A stretch of DNA of 64,000 bases from an uncultured Chloroflexia bacterium (GTDB lineage: Bacteria > Chloroflexota > Limnocylindria > Limnocylindrales > CSP1-4). Numbering within the stretch: position 1 is the first letter of the stretch; the number at the start of each line of letters is the position of its first letter. The notes under the pieces were generated by a model that was not told the DNA's origin, did no database searches, and worked only from the letters and a program-made list of their open reading frames with translations. Of the stretch, positions 35,260 to 46,200 are shown piece by piece. Both the position numbers and the translations under genes were made by a program. The stretch spans positions 320,001 through 384,000 of the forward strand of contig CAVVNQ010000015.1 in the NCBI GenBank assembly GCA_963749705.1, written 5' to 3'.

Positions 35260-37571
35260 GCGACGTCAGGCGCGGACGGCCCCGGGCAGCGAGCGGCGCG
35301 CGGTCCCTGCGATCGAAGCCCCTGGCAGCCGTCCCCGTCGACCCGGTGGCCCTGCTGGACCAGCCGCTGGGGATGTCGGGCCTGTCGGCGGCAGGCACGC
35401 TCCGTCGGGCGGGGCGGCGACTCGGGCTGGGAACGGTCCGCGACCTGCTGTTCCACCTGCCGCGTCGCTACGACGACCTGCGCGAGCTCCAGCGGCTGGG
35501 CGACCTCCACGCCGTCCCGGACGGCACCGTGGTCTCCGCGCGGGTCCGGGTCACGGACATCCGCGTGCAGCAGACGTGGCGACGCCGGGTCCAGGTGACC
35601 ACGGCGTTCCTGGCGGACGAAACCGGGACCGCCGAGGCAACCTGGTTCGGCCGGAGGTTCATCGAGCGCAGGGTCCGAGCCGGCGACGAGCTCCTCGTCT
35701 CGGGCCGGCTCAAGCGGCGGGGCTTCTCGGTCGTGTTCGACGCGCCGGAGTTCCAGCGCTCCGACGCGGAATCGCTGCTCCACGTGGGCCGCATCGTCCC
35801 GGTCTACCGGCTCACCGCGGGGCTGACGGCCGCGCGACTCCGCCAGGCCGTCCGCGAGGCGCTCGACCGCGCCGGCCACGCCTACCCCGAGTACCTGCCG
35901 CCATCGATCCGCGGTGTCGAGACGATCCCGGCCATCGCCGACGCAGTCGAGGCCGCCCACTACCCGACCACCTTCGAGGCCCGTGACGCGGCGCTCCGCC
36001 GCCTCGCGTTCGACGAGCTGCTCGCGCTCCAGCTGGGCATGGTCGCGCGTCGGCGGGCCCGGGGTCGTTCGCACACGCTGCCGCTGCCGGTCGATCCCGC
36101 GACGGACGGGCGGGTCCGCGCTGCCCTGACCGCGTCGCTGTCGCGCAAGCTGGGTCGCGACGTCGAGCTGACACCCGACCAGTCCGTGGCGCTCGACGAG
36201 CTCCGTGCCGACCTGGCCCGGCCGGTGCCCATGCTGCGCCTGATCCAGGGCGATGTCGGCTCGGGCAAGACGGCCGTCGCGGCGTGGGGCCTGGCCGCCG
36301 CCGCGCTTGCCGGACGCCAGGCGGCCCTGCTCGCGCCGACCGACCTCCTCGCCCGCCAGCACCACGCGACGCTCGCCGACCTGCTCGAGGACCTCGCGCT
36401 CCCCGTGACGCTGCTCACGGGATCGCTCAGCGGGGAGGGACGCCGCAACGCGCTCGAGGCGATCGCATCCGGACAGGCGGGGATCGTGGTCGGTACGCAT
36501 GCGCTGCTCCAGGACAAGCTGTCGTTCGCCGACCTCGCGCTCGCGGTGGTCGACGAGCAGCACCGGTTCGGCGTGGAGCAGCGCGGGGCGCTCGAGTCGA
36601 AGGCCAGCCGGGGCGCCCCGCACGTCCTGCTGATGACCGCCACGCCCATCCCCCGCACGCTGGGCCAGGTGATCTACGCGGACCTCGACGTGTCGACGCT
36701 GCGGGGAGCGCCCGAGGGCCGGCTGCCGGTACGCACCGGCATCCGCCGGCCGGACGAGCTCGAGGGCACCTGGCAGCGGGTGCGGGACGAGGCGGCCGCC
36801 GGGCACCGCACGTTCGTCGTCGTCCCGCGGATCGGGCCAGCCGGGGCATCGGCCGCCGGCGCATCGGCCGCCGCAGCACCCACCGACACGGGCGAGGACT
36901 GGGGCTTTGCCGGTGATGACGAGCTGCCGGACGAGGACGTCGAGACGGCCTGGGCGGCGGCAGCGGAGGAGGAGTTCGAGCGGTTGACGCGGCTGCTCGC
37001 GCCGCTCCGGGTCGGCCTGGTCCATGGCCGGCTCAAGGCGATCGAGCGCGACGAGCAGATGGCCCGCTTCCGCGACGGCCAGCTCGACGTGCTCGTCGGG
37101 ACCACCGTGGTGGAGGTCGGCGTGGACGTACCGGAGGCGACCCTGATGGTCGTCGAAGGCGCCGAACGCTTCGGGCTGGCGCAGCTCCACCAGCTCCGGG
37201 GCCGGGTGGGGCGGGGGAGCGGCGCCTCGTTCTGCGTGCTCGTGTCCGAGGCCGTGGAGGGAACGACCGAGCACGAGCGGCTCAAGGCGGTCGCCGCGAC
37301 GACCGACGGCTTCGCGCTCGCCGAGCGCGACTTCGAGCTTCGGCGCGAGGGGAACGTGCTCGGCCTCGCCCAGAGCGGCCTGCCGCGGCTGCGCGTCGCG
37401 ACGCTCGCCGACCCCGAGCATCGCGAGCTCGCCGCCCGGGCACGCGTCCACGCCGAAGCGCTGGTGACCGACGACGGCGATCTGCCCGCCGATCCCCCCG
37501 CGCTCGCGCACGAGCTCGCGGTCGGGTGGCTCCGCCGCGTGTTCGCCGGTGAGCCGGCCGGGCCGGCATAG
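35256..37571 (+). CDS. recG: ATP-dependent DNA helicase RecG
   Basis: QGDVGSGKT, DEQHRFGV, MTATPIPR, QLHQLRGRVGRG, DGFALAERD. Confidence 0.97.
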   Translation: MSDVRRGRPRAASGARSLRSKPLAAVPVDPVALLDQPLGMSGLSAAGTLRRAGRRLGLGTVRDLLFHLPRRYDDLRELQRLGDLHAVPDGTVVSARVRVTDIRVQQTWRRRVQVTTAFLADETGTAEATWFGRRFIERRVRAGDELLVSGRLKRRGFSVVFDAPEFQRSDAESLLHVGRIVPVYRLTAGLTAARLRQAVREALDRAGHAYPEYLPPSIRGVETIPAIADAVEAAHYPTTFEARDAALRRLAFDELLALQLGMVARRRARGRSHTLPLPVDPATDGRVRAALTASLSRKLGRDVELTPDQSVALDELRADLARPVPMLRLIQGDVGSGKTAVAAWGLAAAALAGRQAALLAPTDLLARQHHATLADLLEDLALPVTLLTGSLSGEGRRNALEAIASGQAGIVVGTHALLQDKLSFADLALAVVDEQHRFGVEQRGALESKASRGAPHVLLMTATPIPRTLGQVIYADLDVSTLRGAPEGRLPVRTGIRRPDELEGTWQRVRDEAAAGHRTFVVVPRIGPAGASAAGASAAAAPTDTGEDWGFAGDDELPDEDVETAWAAAAEEEFERLTRLLAPLRVGLVHGRLKAIERDEQMARFRDGQLDVLVGTTVVEVGVDVPEATLMVVEGAERFGLAQLHQLRGRVGRGSGASFCVLVSEAVEGTTEHERLKAVAATTDGFALAERDFELRREGNVLGLAQSGLPRLRVATLADPEHRELAARARVHAEALVTDDGDLPADPPALAHELAVGWLRRVFAGEPAGPA

Positions 37572-37583
37572 GGAGGGGACATC

Positions 37584-38189
37584 GTGGCGGACGCGGGCCG
37601 GGTCATCTCCGGAACGGCGGGCGGGGTGCGACTTGCCGCGCCCGGTGCCGGCACGCGTCCGCTGACCGACCGCGTCAAGCAGACGCTGTTCGCGATCCTC
37701 GATGCCGACCTCGACGGCGCCGTGGTGCTGGACCTGTTCGCCGGCAGCGGCGCCGGAGGCATCGAGGCGCTGTCGCGCGGCGCGGCGAGCGCCACCTTCG
37801 TCGAGCACGACGCGGGGGCCGCGAAGGCCATCGCCGACAACCTCCGCCGGACGCGCCTGACCGATCGGGGGCGCGTCGTGCGGCGGGACGCGCTGGCCTG
37901 GCTCGCCGACCCTTCCGGCGCGGCCGCCGGTGCCCCGTTCGACCTCGTCCTGGTCGATCCGCCCTACGCGGACACGGGGTCGCTGCTCCGGGCGCTCGAG
38001 CTCGTCGGCGAGCACGTCCGGCCCGGCGGGCGGATCGTCGCCAAGCACTTCTGGCGCGACCCGCCGCCGGCCCGCGTCGGGCTGCTAGCATCCGAGCGGG
38101 AGCGGCGCTTCGGCGAGACCGCCCTCACGTTCTACCGGCGGCTCGGCCATCCGGACGAGCGCAGCGCGCAGGAGGCAACCGAGGGGTGA
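37584..38189 (+). CDS. rsmD: 16S rRNA m2G966 methyltransferase
   Basis: TRPLTDRVK, LDLFAGSG, EALSRGA, DPPY. Confidence 0.93.
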   Translation: MADAGRVISGTAGGVRLAAPGAGTRPLTDRVKQTLFAILDADLDGAVVLDLFAGSGAGGIEALSRGAASATFVEHDAGAAKAIADNLRRTRLTDRGRVVRRDALAWLADPSGAAAGAPFDLVLVDPPYADTGSLLRALELVGEHVRPGGRIVAKHFWRDPPPARVGLLASERERRFGETALTFYRRLGHPDERSAQEATEG

Positions 38190-38680
38190 ACGTCGCGGTC
38201 TACCCGGGGTCGTTCGACCCGATCACCAACGGCCACCTGGATGTCATGCGACGGGCCGCGCGCGTGTTCGACCGGGTCGTCGTCGCCGTCCTCGGCAACC
38301 CCCGGAAGACGCCGCTGCTGCCGACCGAGGTTCGCGTCGAGGTCATCCGCCAGGCGATCGCGGTCGATCCCGAGCTCGGGCAGCGCGTCGAGGTTCGGAC
38401 CTTCGACGGCCTGACGGTCGAGTTCTGTCGCGAGGTCGGCGCAGGACACCTCGTGCGCGGGCTGCGCGCGATCGCGGACTTCGAGAGCGAGCTCCAGCTG
38501 GCCCACAACAACCACCTCCTGGCCCCCGAGGTCGACACCGTGTTCTTCATGACCTCGCTCGAGCACTCGTACATCAGCTCGAGCCTGGTGAAGGAGATCG
38601 CGCTGTTCGGGGGCGACGTGTCGGCGATGGTCCCGGCCGCCGCGGTCGCCTCGATGCGGGCCGCGCTGCCCGGACGCTGA
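38186..38680 (+). CDS. coaD: Phosphopantetheine adenylyltransferase
   Basis: YPGSFDPITNGH, RGLR, ISSSLVKE. Confidence 0.97.
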   Translation: MNVAVYPGSFDPITNGHLDVMRRAARVFDRVVVAVLGNPRKTPLLPTEVRVEVIRQAIAVDPELGQRVEVRTFDGLTVEFCREVGAGHLVRGLRAIADFESELQLAHNNHLLAPEVDTVFFMTSLEHSYISSSLVKEIALFGGDVSAMVPAAAVASMRAALPGR

Positions 38681-38754
38681 GGGGCCGGCCGCGCCGCGTG
38701 CCATAATCCCCACGAGCGCCCCGCCGGGGCGCCGAGCGCAGGGGAGGCCGTCCG

Positions 38755-39312
38755 CTGGACATCATCTTCCTCGTCGAGCGTCTCGAGTCGCTGATCGCCA
38801 ACGGCAAGCCGCTGCCGCTCACCAAGAGCGCGATCATCGACCGCGACGCAGCCCTCAACCTGATCGACGAGCTGCGGGTCGCCGTGCCCGAGGAAGTTCG
38901 CGCCGCCAAGCGGATCAACCAGGAGGGTGAGCGGATCATCGAGAAGGCCCAGGAGGAGGCCGAGCGGATCGTCGCTCGCGCGCAGGAGCAGGCCGCCTTC
39001 CTGATCGGCGAACGTGGTCTGACCGAGGCTGCGGATGCGGAGAGCCGGCGGATCATCGACCGGGCCGCCGAGGAGGCCGACGGCGTCCGCCGGGGCGCGG
39101 ACGAGTACGCCGCCGGCGTGCTGGGCGGTCTCGAAGCCGACGTCACCCGGACCCTGCGCAGCATCGAGCGCGGGATCGCCATGCTCGACGACCGGCGAGC
39201 CGCGTACGAGCCGGCGCCGGCCGACGACGAGGATGCCGCGTACGGCGGCACCGCGGACGATCCGGATACCGAGGACGAGGAAGAGGGAGCCTCGCCCATC
39301 GGGCGTCGATGA
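38755..39312 (+). CDS. Conserved coiled-coil protein of the coaD-yceD locus (ATP synthase b/DivIVA-like), probable CTG start
   Basis: (M)DIIFLVERLESLIANGKPLPLT...PEEVRAAK...ADEYA. GGAGG 7 nt before CTG; in-frame stop at 38704. Confidence 0.8.
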   Translation: MDIIFLVERLESLIANGKPLPLTKSAIIDRDAALNLIDELRVAVPEEVRAAKRINQEGERIIEKAQEEAERIVARAQEQAAFLIGERGLTEAADAESRRIIDRAAEEADGVRRGADEYAAGVLGGLEADVTRTLRSIERGIAMLDDRRAAYEPAPADDEDAAYGGTADDPDTEDEEEGASPIGRR

Positions 39313-39905
39313 CCGCGGGCGGGGCCCGGCACCCATACCCGGTCGACGTTCACGGTGATCCCCTGACGTTCGCCCTGTCCGGGTTCATGGCGGAGGCCCC
39401 CGGGGCCGTCCGCGACTACGACCTGGACGGCGTCGACGTCGACCCGGGCGAGGGGCTCGAGCTCAGCCGACCGGTGTCCGGCCACGTCCGGCTGATGCGG
39501 ACGAACCGCGGCCTGGTCGTCGATGCCCGCCTGGCGACCGAGCTGGTCGGGGAGTGCGCTCGCTGCCTCCGCCCGCTGACGACGCGGGTGAACGTCCGGA
39601 TCGACGAGGAGGTCCTGCCGACCATCGACCTCGCGTCCGGCCAACCGGTTCCGCTCGAGGAGGGCGCAGACCCCGAGGCGCCACGGCTGACCGACCACCA
39701 CGAGCTGGAGCTGCGGCCGCTGGTCATGGAGGCGATCAGCCTGGCGGAGCCGATCGCGCCGCTGTGCGAGCCTGACTGCCCCGGACTGTGCCTCGAGTGC
39801 GGGCAGCGCATGGAGCCGGGCCACGGACACGACAGCGATGACATCGATCCCCGGCTCGAGGCGCTGCGGGCGTTCCGGGTCGACGGGGACGCCGATACCG
39901 AGTAG
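39309..39905 (+). CDS. YceD/DUF177 family protein
   Basis: ECARCL, PLCEPDCPGLCLECG, DPRLEAL; precedes rpmF. Confidence 0.92.
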   Translation: MTAGGARHPYPVDVHGDPLTFALSGFMAEAPGAVRDYDLDGVDVDPGEGLELSRPVSGHVRLMRTNRGLVVDARLATELVGECARCLRPLTTRVNVRIDEEVLPTIDLASGQPVPLEEGADPEAPRLTDHHELELRPLVMEAISLAEPIAPLCEPDCPGLCLECGQRMEPGHGHDSDDIDPRLEALRAFRVDGDADTE

Positions 39906-40032
39906 ACTCCCCGCTCGGCCCCCTGTCCCGTGCCGGCGCGTTCGCGCGCCCGCCCGCCGGGAGCCCGAACCGATGCCGACAGCGACGCGGGCAACACCCG
40001 CGTGACATCCCCGAGAGGAGCCACAGACCACC

Positions 40033-40245
40033 ATGGGTGTGCCGAAGCGGAAGGTCGCTCACGCCCGGCAGGGAGAGCGACGGAGCCACCTCGCGATCAC
40101 CCTGCCGACGCTCATCGAGTGCCCGCACTGCCACGAGCCGAAGCTGCCGCACCGGGTCTGCCCGGCGTGCGGGTTCTACAAGGGCCGCCAGGCCGTCGAG
40201 CTCAAGCCGGCCGGTGGGACGTCCGCGGGCGAGGAGTCCGCGTAA
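40033..40245 (+). CDS. rpmF: 50S ribosomal protein L32
   Basis: MGVPKRK, CPHC...HRVCPACGFYKGR. Confidence 0.96.
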   Translation: MGVPKRKVAHARQGERRSHLAITLPTLIECPHCHEPKLPHRVCPACGFYKGRQAVELKPAGGTSAGEESA

Positions 40246-40253
40246 CGCGGGTC

Positions 40254-41372
40254 GTGAGCCCGATCGAGGTGCCGGCAGCCCCGACCCCGGAGCCTGCCGG
40301 TCCCACAGCGAAGCCGGAGGATCGGCCCGGCGTCCGCGTCGCCGTCGACGCGATGGGCGGGGACCATGGCCCTGCCGAGATCGTTCCCGGATCCCTCGCC
40401 TACGCGCGCGCGCACCCGGACGACGTGGTGGTCCTGGTCGGCGACGAGCCGATCGTGCGCGAGATCGGCGGCGCGCTCCCGCCCAACGTCCGGATCGTCC
40501 ATGCGCCCGAGCTCATCGGCATGGACGAGCATCCGGCCCGCGCCCTCGTCCGCAAGCGCAACAGCTCGATCGTGGTCGCCACCCAGCTGGTCAAGTCCGG
40601 CGAGGCGGATGCCGTCGTCACGGCCGGCCACACCGGGGCGGGCATGGCCGCGGGCAAGCTCATCCTGGGCACGCTGCCGGGAATCGACCGCCCCGCACTG
40701 GCCGTGCAGATGGTCAGCGCCGGCCGCCCGTTCGTGCTCCTGGACATCGGCGCCAATCCCGACTCGACGGCCGAGAACCTCGCCCAGTACGCGCAGATGG
40801 GTGCGATCTTCAGCGAGCGGGTCCTCGGCGTCGACCGGCCGCGCGTGGCGCTGCTCTCGATCGGCGAGGAGAAGGGCAAGGGTGATGCCCGGATCCAGCG
40901 TGCCACCGAGCTGCTGGACGCGACGGACATCAACTTCACCGGCAACGTCGAGGGCAAGGACCTGACCCGCCAGATGGCCGACGTCGTCGTCTGCGACGCC
41001 GTCCTGGGCAACGTGGTGATCAAGTTCTTCGAGGGGCTCTCGGGGTTCATCTTCGACCAGTTCCGGGCCGAGTTCCGGGGCTCGCTGCGCGGCCGGCTCG
41101 CGTACCTGCTCCTGCGCCCGGGGATCGGGCGCATCCGGCAGGTGTTCGACTACGAGGCCGTCGGCGGGTCCCCGCTGCTGGGGGTTCGCGGGACGGTGAT
41201 CATCACCCACGGTCGAGCGCGGCGGCGGATGATCGAGCATGCGGTCCGCGTCGGCGCGACCACCGCCCGGGAGCGGGTCGCCGAGCGGATCGGCGAAGCG
41301 CTGGGCGGCGACGTGCGCGACGATAGCGACATCCCGGCCGCGCCGGCCGTGATCTCGGAGACAACCTCATGA
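40254..41372 (+). CDS. plsX: Phosphate acyltransferase PlsX
   Basis: AVDAMGGDHGP, GIDRPAL, LDIGAN, IGEEKGKG, GNVEG, HGR. Start approximate. Confidence 0.94.
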   Translation: MSPIEVPAAPTPEPAGPTAKPEDRPGVRVAVDAMGGDHGPAEIVPGSLAYARAHPDDVVVLVGDEPIVREIGGALPPNVRIVHAPELIGMDEHPARALVRKRNSSIVVATQLVKSGEADAVVTAGHTGAGMAAGKLILGTLPGIDRPALAVQMVSAGRPFVLLDIGANPDSTAENLAQYAQMGAIFSERVLGVDRPRVALLSIGEEKGKGDARIQRATELLDATDINFTGNVEGKDLTRQMADVVVCDAVLGNVVIKFFEGLSGFIFDQFRAEFRGSLRGRLAYLLLRPGIGRIRQVFDYEAVGGSPLLGVRGTVIITHGRARRRMIEHAVRVGATTARERVAERIGEALGGDVRDDSDIPAAPAVISETTS

Positions 41373-41680
41373 TTCCCGTCCTGTCCGTCGGTCCGGGTGT
41401 CATCCGGGACACCGTTCGCCTGGCCGCGCTCGAGGTTCCCGGGGTTCAGCGTGTCGGGCGCGGTGGGCCGCGCTGGCGGGACGCGCTGGGCGGCTCCCCG
41501 ATCAAGGTCCGGGTCCGCGAGGGCCGCGTGTTCGTGACCGTGCGCGTCGTTGCGCGACCGCGCCAGGCCCTCGTCCCGCTCTCCGGACAGGTTCGCAACG
41601 CCGTCGCGACCGCGGTCGTGCGCCTGCTCGGGATGGAGCTCGGCGGCGTGACCGTCCTGGTCGACGGTGTCGGGGCCTGA
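41369..41680 (+). CDS. Asp23/Gls24 family protein (YqhY-like)
   Basis: LAALEVPGV...VTVLVDGV; upstream of nusB. Confidence 0.75.
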   Translation: MIPVLSVGPGVIRDTVRLAALEVPGVQRVGRGGPRWRDALGGSPIKVRVREGRVFVTVRVVARPRQALVPLSGQVRNAVATAVVRLLGMELGGVTVLVDGVGA

Positions 41681-42131
41681 CGGCGCTCGTGCCGGCCGGG
41701 ACCGGGCGAGCGAGGAACGTGCGCGCAGCCGGCGCGCCGGCCGGCGGCTGGCGCTGGCGGCGGTGTTCGAGGCCGAGTTCGGCCAGCGGACCGCGGATGC
41801 GATTCTCGAACGTCACCTTGCCACCGAGGCAGATCCGGGCGCGACGGATCTGGCCCGCGAGATCGTCGCCAACGTGTCCGCCAACCGGGACACGCTAGAT
41901 GCGCAGATCGCCGTCGCGGCGCCCCAGTATCCGGTCGTCTCGCTGGCCCGAATGGACCGCGCATTGCTGCGTTGCGCGCTGAGCGAGGTGCTACACTCGC
42001 CCGCAACGCCGGCCCGGGTGGCGATCGCCGAGTGGGTCGAGCTCGCTCGAACATACTCAGGCGAGCCGATGCGACGGCTGACAAACGGCGTCCTTGGGCG
42101 CATCGCCCGCGACCGAACCGCAACCCGATAG
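41667..42131 (+). CDS. nusB: Transcription antitermination factor NusB
   Basis: [44 protein letters not shown]. Confidence 0.92.
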   Translation: MSGPDGARAGRDRASEERARSRRAGRRLALAAVFEAEFGQRTADAILERHLATEADPGATDLAREIVANVSANRDTLDAQIAVAAPQYPVVSLARMDRALLRCALSEVLHSPATPARVAIAEWVELARTYSGEPMRRLTNGVLGRIARDRTATR

Positions 42132-42156
42132 ACATCCCGGCATCAGGAGGGAGTCA

Positions 42157-42393
42157 GTGGCCAGCACGTACGAGCGGCTGAAGAAGATCGTCATCGAGCA
42201 GTTGGGTGTCGACGAATCCGAGGTCAACCCCGAGGCGTCGTTCGTTGACGACCTGAATGCCGACTCGCTCGACCTCGTCGAGCTCATCATGAGCCTCGAG
42301 GAGGAGTTCGGGACGGAGATCTCGGATGAGGACGCCGAGAAGATCCGGACCGTGCAGGACGCCACCGACTACATCGACGAACACTCCTCCTAA
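42157..42393 (+). CDS. acpP: Acyl carrier protein
   Basis: [14 protein letters not shown]; AGGAGG RBS. Confidence 0.97.
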   Translation: MASTYERLKKIVIEQLGVDESEVNPEASFVDDLNADSLDLVELIMSLEEEFGTEISDEDAEKIRTVQDATDYIDEHSS

Positions 42394-42412
42394 GCACCTC
42401 GACCGGGGCGAC

Positions 42413-43276
42413 ATGCACCCGGCCGACGCCCTTACAGAGCGCCTCGGGATCCCGATCCGGGACCGGGACCTGCTCGCCCAGGCGCTGGTCCACAGCAGCT
42501 GGCTGCACGAGCATCCGGATTCCGCGCGGGGTCACAACGAGCGTCTCGAGTTCCTGGGCGATGCCGTGGTGAGCCTCGCCGTCTCCGAGGCGCTGTACCG
42601 GCGCCATCCCACCGACGACGAGGGGATCCTGTCGGCGCGCCGCGCGTCGATCGTGAGCACCCCGGGACTGGCGCGCCTGGCGGCACGCCTCGACCTCGGC
42701 TCGTTCCTGCTGCTGGGCGAAGGTGAGGCGATGCGGGGCGGGCGCGTGCGGCCGTCGTTGCTCGCCTCGGCGTTCGAGGCCCTGGTCGGTGCGATCTACC
42801 TCGACCAGGGCTGGGATGTCGTGCGTGACTGGATCCACGAGCGCGCGCGCGAGGAGCTGGCCGCGGATCCGGCGCTGACCAGCCTCAAGAGCCCCAAGAG
42901 TCGGCTCCAGGAGCACACCCAGCGTTCGACCGGCGAACGACCCGTCTACCGGCTGCTCGAGGCGGTCGGCCCGGATCACGAGAAGCATTTCCGGATCGAG
43001 GTGGCCGTCGGTGGCCGGATCCTGGGCGTGGGCGAGGGTTCCTCGCGACGGATCGCCGAGACGTCGGCCGCCGCCGAGGCCCTCGAGGTGATCCGCCGCG
43101 AGCGCGCCGCCGCGAAGGGCCGCCGGGCCGTCGCTCGAACGCCCTCGGTGGACGACGGACAACCCGTGACCGGCGCAGATCCCGGATCCGAGCCCGGCGC
43201 CGATCAGCGATCCGAGACCGGCGCCGATCCCGGCGATCTCGGCTCCGCGCGCTCGCCAGCCGAGCCACCCGCGTGA
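42413..43276 (+). CDS. rnc: Ribonuclease III
   Basis: HNERLEFLGDAV, AFEALVGAIYLD, dsRBD KSRLQE/GPDH. Confidence 0.96.
   Translation: MHPADALTERLGIPIRDRDLLAQALVHSSWLHEHPDSARGHNERLEFLGDAVVSLAVSEALYRRHPTDDEGILSARRASIVSTPGLARLAARLDLGSFLLLGEGEAMRGGRVRPSLLASAFEALVGAIYLDQGWDVVRDWIHERAREELAADPALTSLKSPKSRLQEHTQRSTGERPVYRLLEAVGPDHEKHFRIEVAVGGRILGVGEGSSRRIAETSAAAEALEVIRRERAAAKGRRAVARTPSVDDGQPVTGADPGSEPGADQRSETGADPGDLGSARSPAEPPA
43170..43240. repeat. 24-bp imperfect tandem repeat in the rnc tail
   Basis: Encodes GADPGSEP / GADQRSET / GADPGD. Confidence 0.6.
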
Positions 43277-46200
43277 CCGCACCTGCCCGCCTGCTCGGCC
43301 TGCGCGTCCAGGGCTTCAAGTCGTTCGCAGAACGGACGCTGGTCGAGTTCGGCCCCGGGATCAGCGCCGTCGTCGGGCCCAACGGCTCGGGCAAGTCGAA
43401 CCTCGCCGATTCGCTGCGCTGGGCGCTCGGCGAGCAGGGACGATCGCTCAGGATCCGGCGCAGCGAGGACGTGATCTGGGCGGGGTCGGAGCGCCGCGCC
43501 GCGCTGGGCATGGCCGACGTCACGCTGGTGCTCGACAACGCGGATGGGCTGCTGGCGGTCGAGTACTCGGTGGTGGAGCTGGGACGACGCCTGTACCGGT
43601 CCGGCGAGAACGACTACCTGCTCAACCGCCAGCGGGTCCGCCTGCGTGACCTGGTGGACATGCTCGACAGCGCGAACCTCGCCGAGAATGCGTTCCTGTT
43701 CATCGGCCAGGGCATGGTCGACCAGGCGCTCGCCCTGCGTCCGGAGGAGCGTCGCCCCCTGTTCGAGGAGGTCGCCGGCGTTCGCCGTCACGAGCGCCGG
43801 CGTCGAAAGGCCGAGGACCAGCTCGCCGAGGCCGAGGCGAACCTTGCACGGGTCGAGGACATCCTGGCCGAGCTCCGACCGCAGGCGCGCCGGCTGGGCC
43901 AGCTGGCGGAGCAGCAGGCCACCCGGCTGACCGCGGGCGAGGAGCTGGCGGCGGCGTTGATCGCGGCGGCGCATGGTCGATGGCACGAGGCCGCCGGCCG
44001 GGCCTCGGATGCCGAGGCCCGTCGTGACGCGCTGCGTACGGGAGCGGAGCGCGCACTGCAGGCGCTCGAGACGGCCGAGACGGCCGTCGCCGAGATCAGC
44101 GCATCGATGTCCGCCCGTGCCGACGCCGAACGCGGGGCGCGCGAGACGCACGAGGTGATCCGGGCCGAGCTGACGTCGCTCGGGCTCCGGGAGGCGCGCG
44201 CGAATGCCGAGCTCGAGGCCGCGGCCCGGGACCGGGCCCGGATGCTCGCCGAGCGGAGCGCCGCGGAGGCCGACCTCGCCGTGCACCGCCGGACCCTCGC
44301 CGAGACCGTGCCGGACCGGGACCCGGAGCTCGAGGCGTCGCTCGCCGAGGCCGATCGTGCCCTCGCCGAGGCCCTCTCGGAGCTCAGCGCGCTGCGCGCC
44401 GCCAGCCGTGCCCGGGGCGACGAGGTCGCCACCCTCCGGCGCGCCGAGGCAGCGCGCGCCGCGGAGGCCGAGACCGCACGCCGTCGTGGTGCGGAGGCGA
44501 CCCGCCGCGCCGACGAAGAACAGGCACGCGCGGCCGAATCGGCGGCCCGTCGCGAGCAGCTCGAGGCCGCGCTGCAGGAGGCGAGAGAGGCGCTCGCGAC
44601 GGCGACCGCCGCCGAGGGGTCGGCGATTGCCGAACGAGAGGCCGCACGCGCCACGACGGACGCGGCGGACGGCACGCGGCGCGCCGTTGCCGAGCGCTCG
44701 GCGCGAGCCGGCACGATGCTCGCCGCCGCACGTGGCCGGCTCGAGCAGCTCCAGCAGCGCCTCGCAGAGGACGAGGATCGGGGGATCGCCCGGGCCGCCA
44801 GGAAGATCGGCGGCCGGCGGCTCGACGAGGACCTCGGGGTCGACCCTCCGATGCGGGCCGCGGTCGAGGCTGCGCTTGGCGACCTCGTCCGCGCGTATGT
44901 GGTCGGCCGCGACGGCGCCGCGTCGTTGGCGGGCGAACGCGGCCACCTCGTCGTCCGCGAGCAGCTCGACGCCCCGGAACGGCTCGGGGCCGCGGCCGCG
45001 AACGACGTGCGGCGGCTCGACGATGCCCTGGCCGCGGCCGGTGGCGGGCGGCTGGGGGACGCCGTTCGCAGGGACCCGAACGGTGCCGCGCGCAAGGTCC
45101 TTGCCCGAGCGGCCTGGGTTCCGGATCTGTCGTCAGCGCTCAGCGTCCAGCCATACCTGCCGTCGGGATGGCTGCTCGTCACCAGGGATGGCGGCGCCGT
45201 TGTGGATGCGGTCACGATCCGGGTCGGCCGGACCGACTCGCCCCTCGAACGCCGGGCCGAGACCGACCGGCTGGCGCGCGAGCTGGCCGCGCTGGAGGCG
45301 GAGGCCCGCGAGGCCGATCGCGAGAGCGAGCAGGCCGCCGTCGCCGCCGCACAGGCCCGGTCGAGCCTCGAGCGGGCGCGGGTTGCCGAGGCCGAGGCCG
45401 TCTCGCAGCGTCGCCGCGCCGAGGAGGTCGAGCGCGGTGCGGGCCGTGCCCTCGAGGCGGCGACCCGCGAGGCTGCATGGCACCAGGCGCAGGCGGAGCG
45501 ACTCGGCGCGGAGGCCGCCCGGGCCGACGCAGCGGCCGCGGTCTTCCGGACGCAGCCGCCGGGGCGATCGGTCGAGGCCACCACGGAGTCGCCCGAGGAA
45601 GCCGACGCGCTTGCGGCGTGGGAGGCGCGGGCCGCGGAGCTCCGCGCTCGGCGTGACCGGATCGCGAGCGACGTCGGCTCGAACGAGCAGGCGAGGCGCG
45701 AGGCGGACGCCCGCCGCGCGCGAGCCGAGGCGGCCGTTGCGCTCGCGGATGCCCGGATCGCCGGCGTGGCCCGCGATCTCGGGGCACTGGCGGAGCGCGA
45801 GCTTGCGGCCGGGGCGGAGCGCGACATCGTACGCGCGGAGCTGGCTGCGGCCGCCACGCGCGAGGAGCGAGCGCGGGAGATCCTCGACGACATGCTGGCG
45901 GACGATCGCGCGGAGCGCGCGCGCCTCGCCGAAGCGGAGCAGGCGGCAGTGGCCGCCCGGGAGCGACTGCGCGCCACCGACGATCGCGCCCGATCGGCCG
46001 ATGTCGCCGCCCTCGAGGCGCGGCTGGGACTCGACGCGCTGCGCGAGCAGCTGCTGCTGGAGCTCGCTGGGCTGGGCGAGGTCGGGCTCCGGCACCTCGC
46101 CGAGGCGGCGCACCTGGACGACGGGTCGACGGCCGCCCCGGGTACACCTGCGGAACCTGTCGGCCGCCCGGTCCCAGTCGACCCCGCCACCGACGACCCT

